Shown: positions 63,501 to 64,000 of the stretch, in pieces | Position numbering within the stretch: position 1 is the stretch's first letter | How the letters are laid out: every line of letters begins with the position of its first letter | Assembly (NCBI GenBank): GCA_964016885.1 | Contig: OZ024740.1 | Span: 104,842,001 to 104,906,000 of the forward strand | Direction: 5' to 3' | DNA from: Eledone cirrhosa | Lineage: Eukaryota | Length of the DNA stretch: 64,000 nucleotides | Made by a program: the position numbers and the translations under genes | Notes under the pieces: generated by a model | The model's input: only the letters and a program-made list of their open reading frames with translations | Told to the model about the DNA's origin: nothing | Databases searched by the model: none

Positions 63501-64000
63501 ACTTGAACTGGTGAGAGAGACACTTCTAGACTGTAAATGGGGGAGAGAGACACTTCTAGACTTGAACTGGGGGAGAGACACACTTCTAGACTTGTACCAG
63601 GGGAGATAGACACTTCTAGACTTGAACTGGGGAGAGAGACACCTCTAGATTGGAAGTGGGGAGTGAGACACTTCTAGACTTGAACTGGGGAGTAAGACAC
63701 TTCCACACTCTAACTGGAGGAGAGACACACTTCTAGACTTGAACTGGGGAGAGAGACACTTCTAGACTTGAACTAGGTGAGAGAGACACTTCTAGACTTG
63801 AACTGGGGGAGAGACACACTTCTAGACTTGAACTGGGGGAGAGACTTACACTTCTCGATTTGAACTGGGGGTGAGAGACACACTTCTAGACTTGAACTGG
63901 GGAGTAAGATACTTCTAGACTTGAACTGGGGGAGAGACACACTTCTATACTTGAACTGGGGGAGAGACACACACTTCTCGATTTGAACTGGGGGAGAGAG
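30517..64000. repeat. Satellite 2: >33-kb array of ~29-34-bp monomers, CTTCTAGACTTGAACTGGGG(G)AG(AG/TAAG)ACA(CA), with kb-scale duplications; runs off the window end
   Basis: Conserved CTTCTAGACTTGAACTGG core (XbaI site TCTAGA); variable G-run and GA/CA dinucleotide counts; roughly 1,000-1,100 monomers by length/unit arithmetic; no TE insertion seen. Confidence 0.99.

Noticed and set aside
30517-63970. Many SSSLEV/QFKSRS/LDLNWG ORFs (superficially LRR-like)
   Set aside because: These are translations of satellite monomers of variable length with constant frame changes.
30517-64000. CRISPR-like look (conserved ~18-bp core with variable interval)
   Set aside because: The intervals are short variants of one G/GA/CA sequence, not unique spacers. 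There are no cas genes and the context is eukaryotic.

Overview
Eukaryotic, repeat-dominated DNA, most likely from an octopod cephalopod. That assignment is an inference from the tRNA-SINE families, the (CAT)n-tailed RTE elements and the dense TA/CA microsatellites. Layout: (1) 1-9.2 kb is a diverged 50-bp satellite interrupted by a stack of three tRNA-SINEs and by a 5'-truncated CR1-like LINE plus SINE. (2) 9.2-24.7 kb is a transposon graveyard: RTE LINE fragments, an internally deleted Helitron with both termini, an R4/Dong-type RLE fragment, a pogo-like MITE, SINEs, and a foldback enclosing a LINE fragment. (3) 24.8-28.3 kb is a (TGTGG)n array. (4) 28.6-30.3 kb holds the only plausible host gene, a 546-codon minus-strand ORF of unknown function inside one exon. 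(5) 30.5-64 kb is a ~30-34-bp XbaI-site satellite with kb-scale duplications. Most ORFs in the track are repeat artefacts. There is no CRISPR array or prokaryotic system. The best leads are repeated SINE insertion into ATTATT sites and LINE tails, the foldback-captured LINE fragment, and the unusual context of the orphan gene (abutting in-frame uORF, SINE-borne AATAAA, satellite of splice-acceptor-like monomers in its upstream intron).
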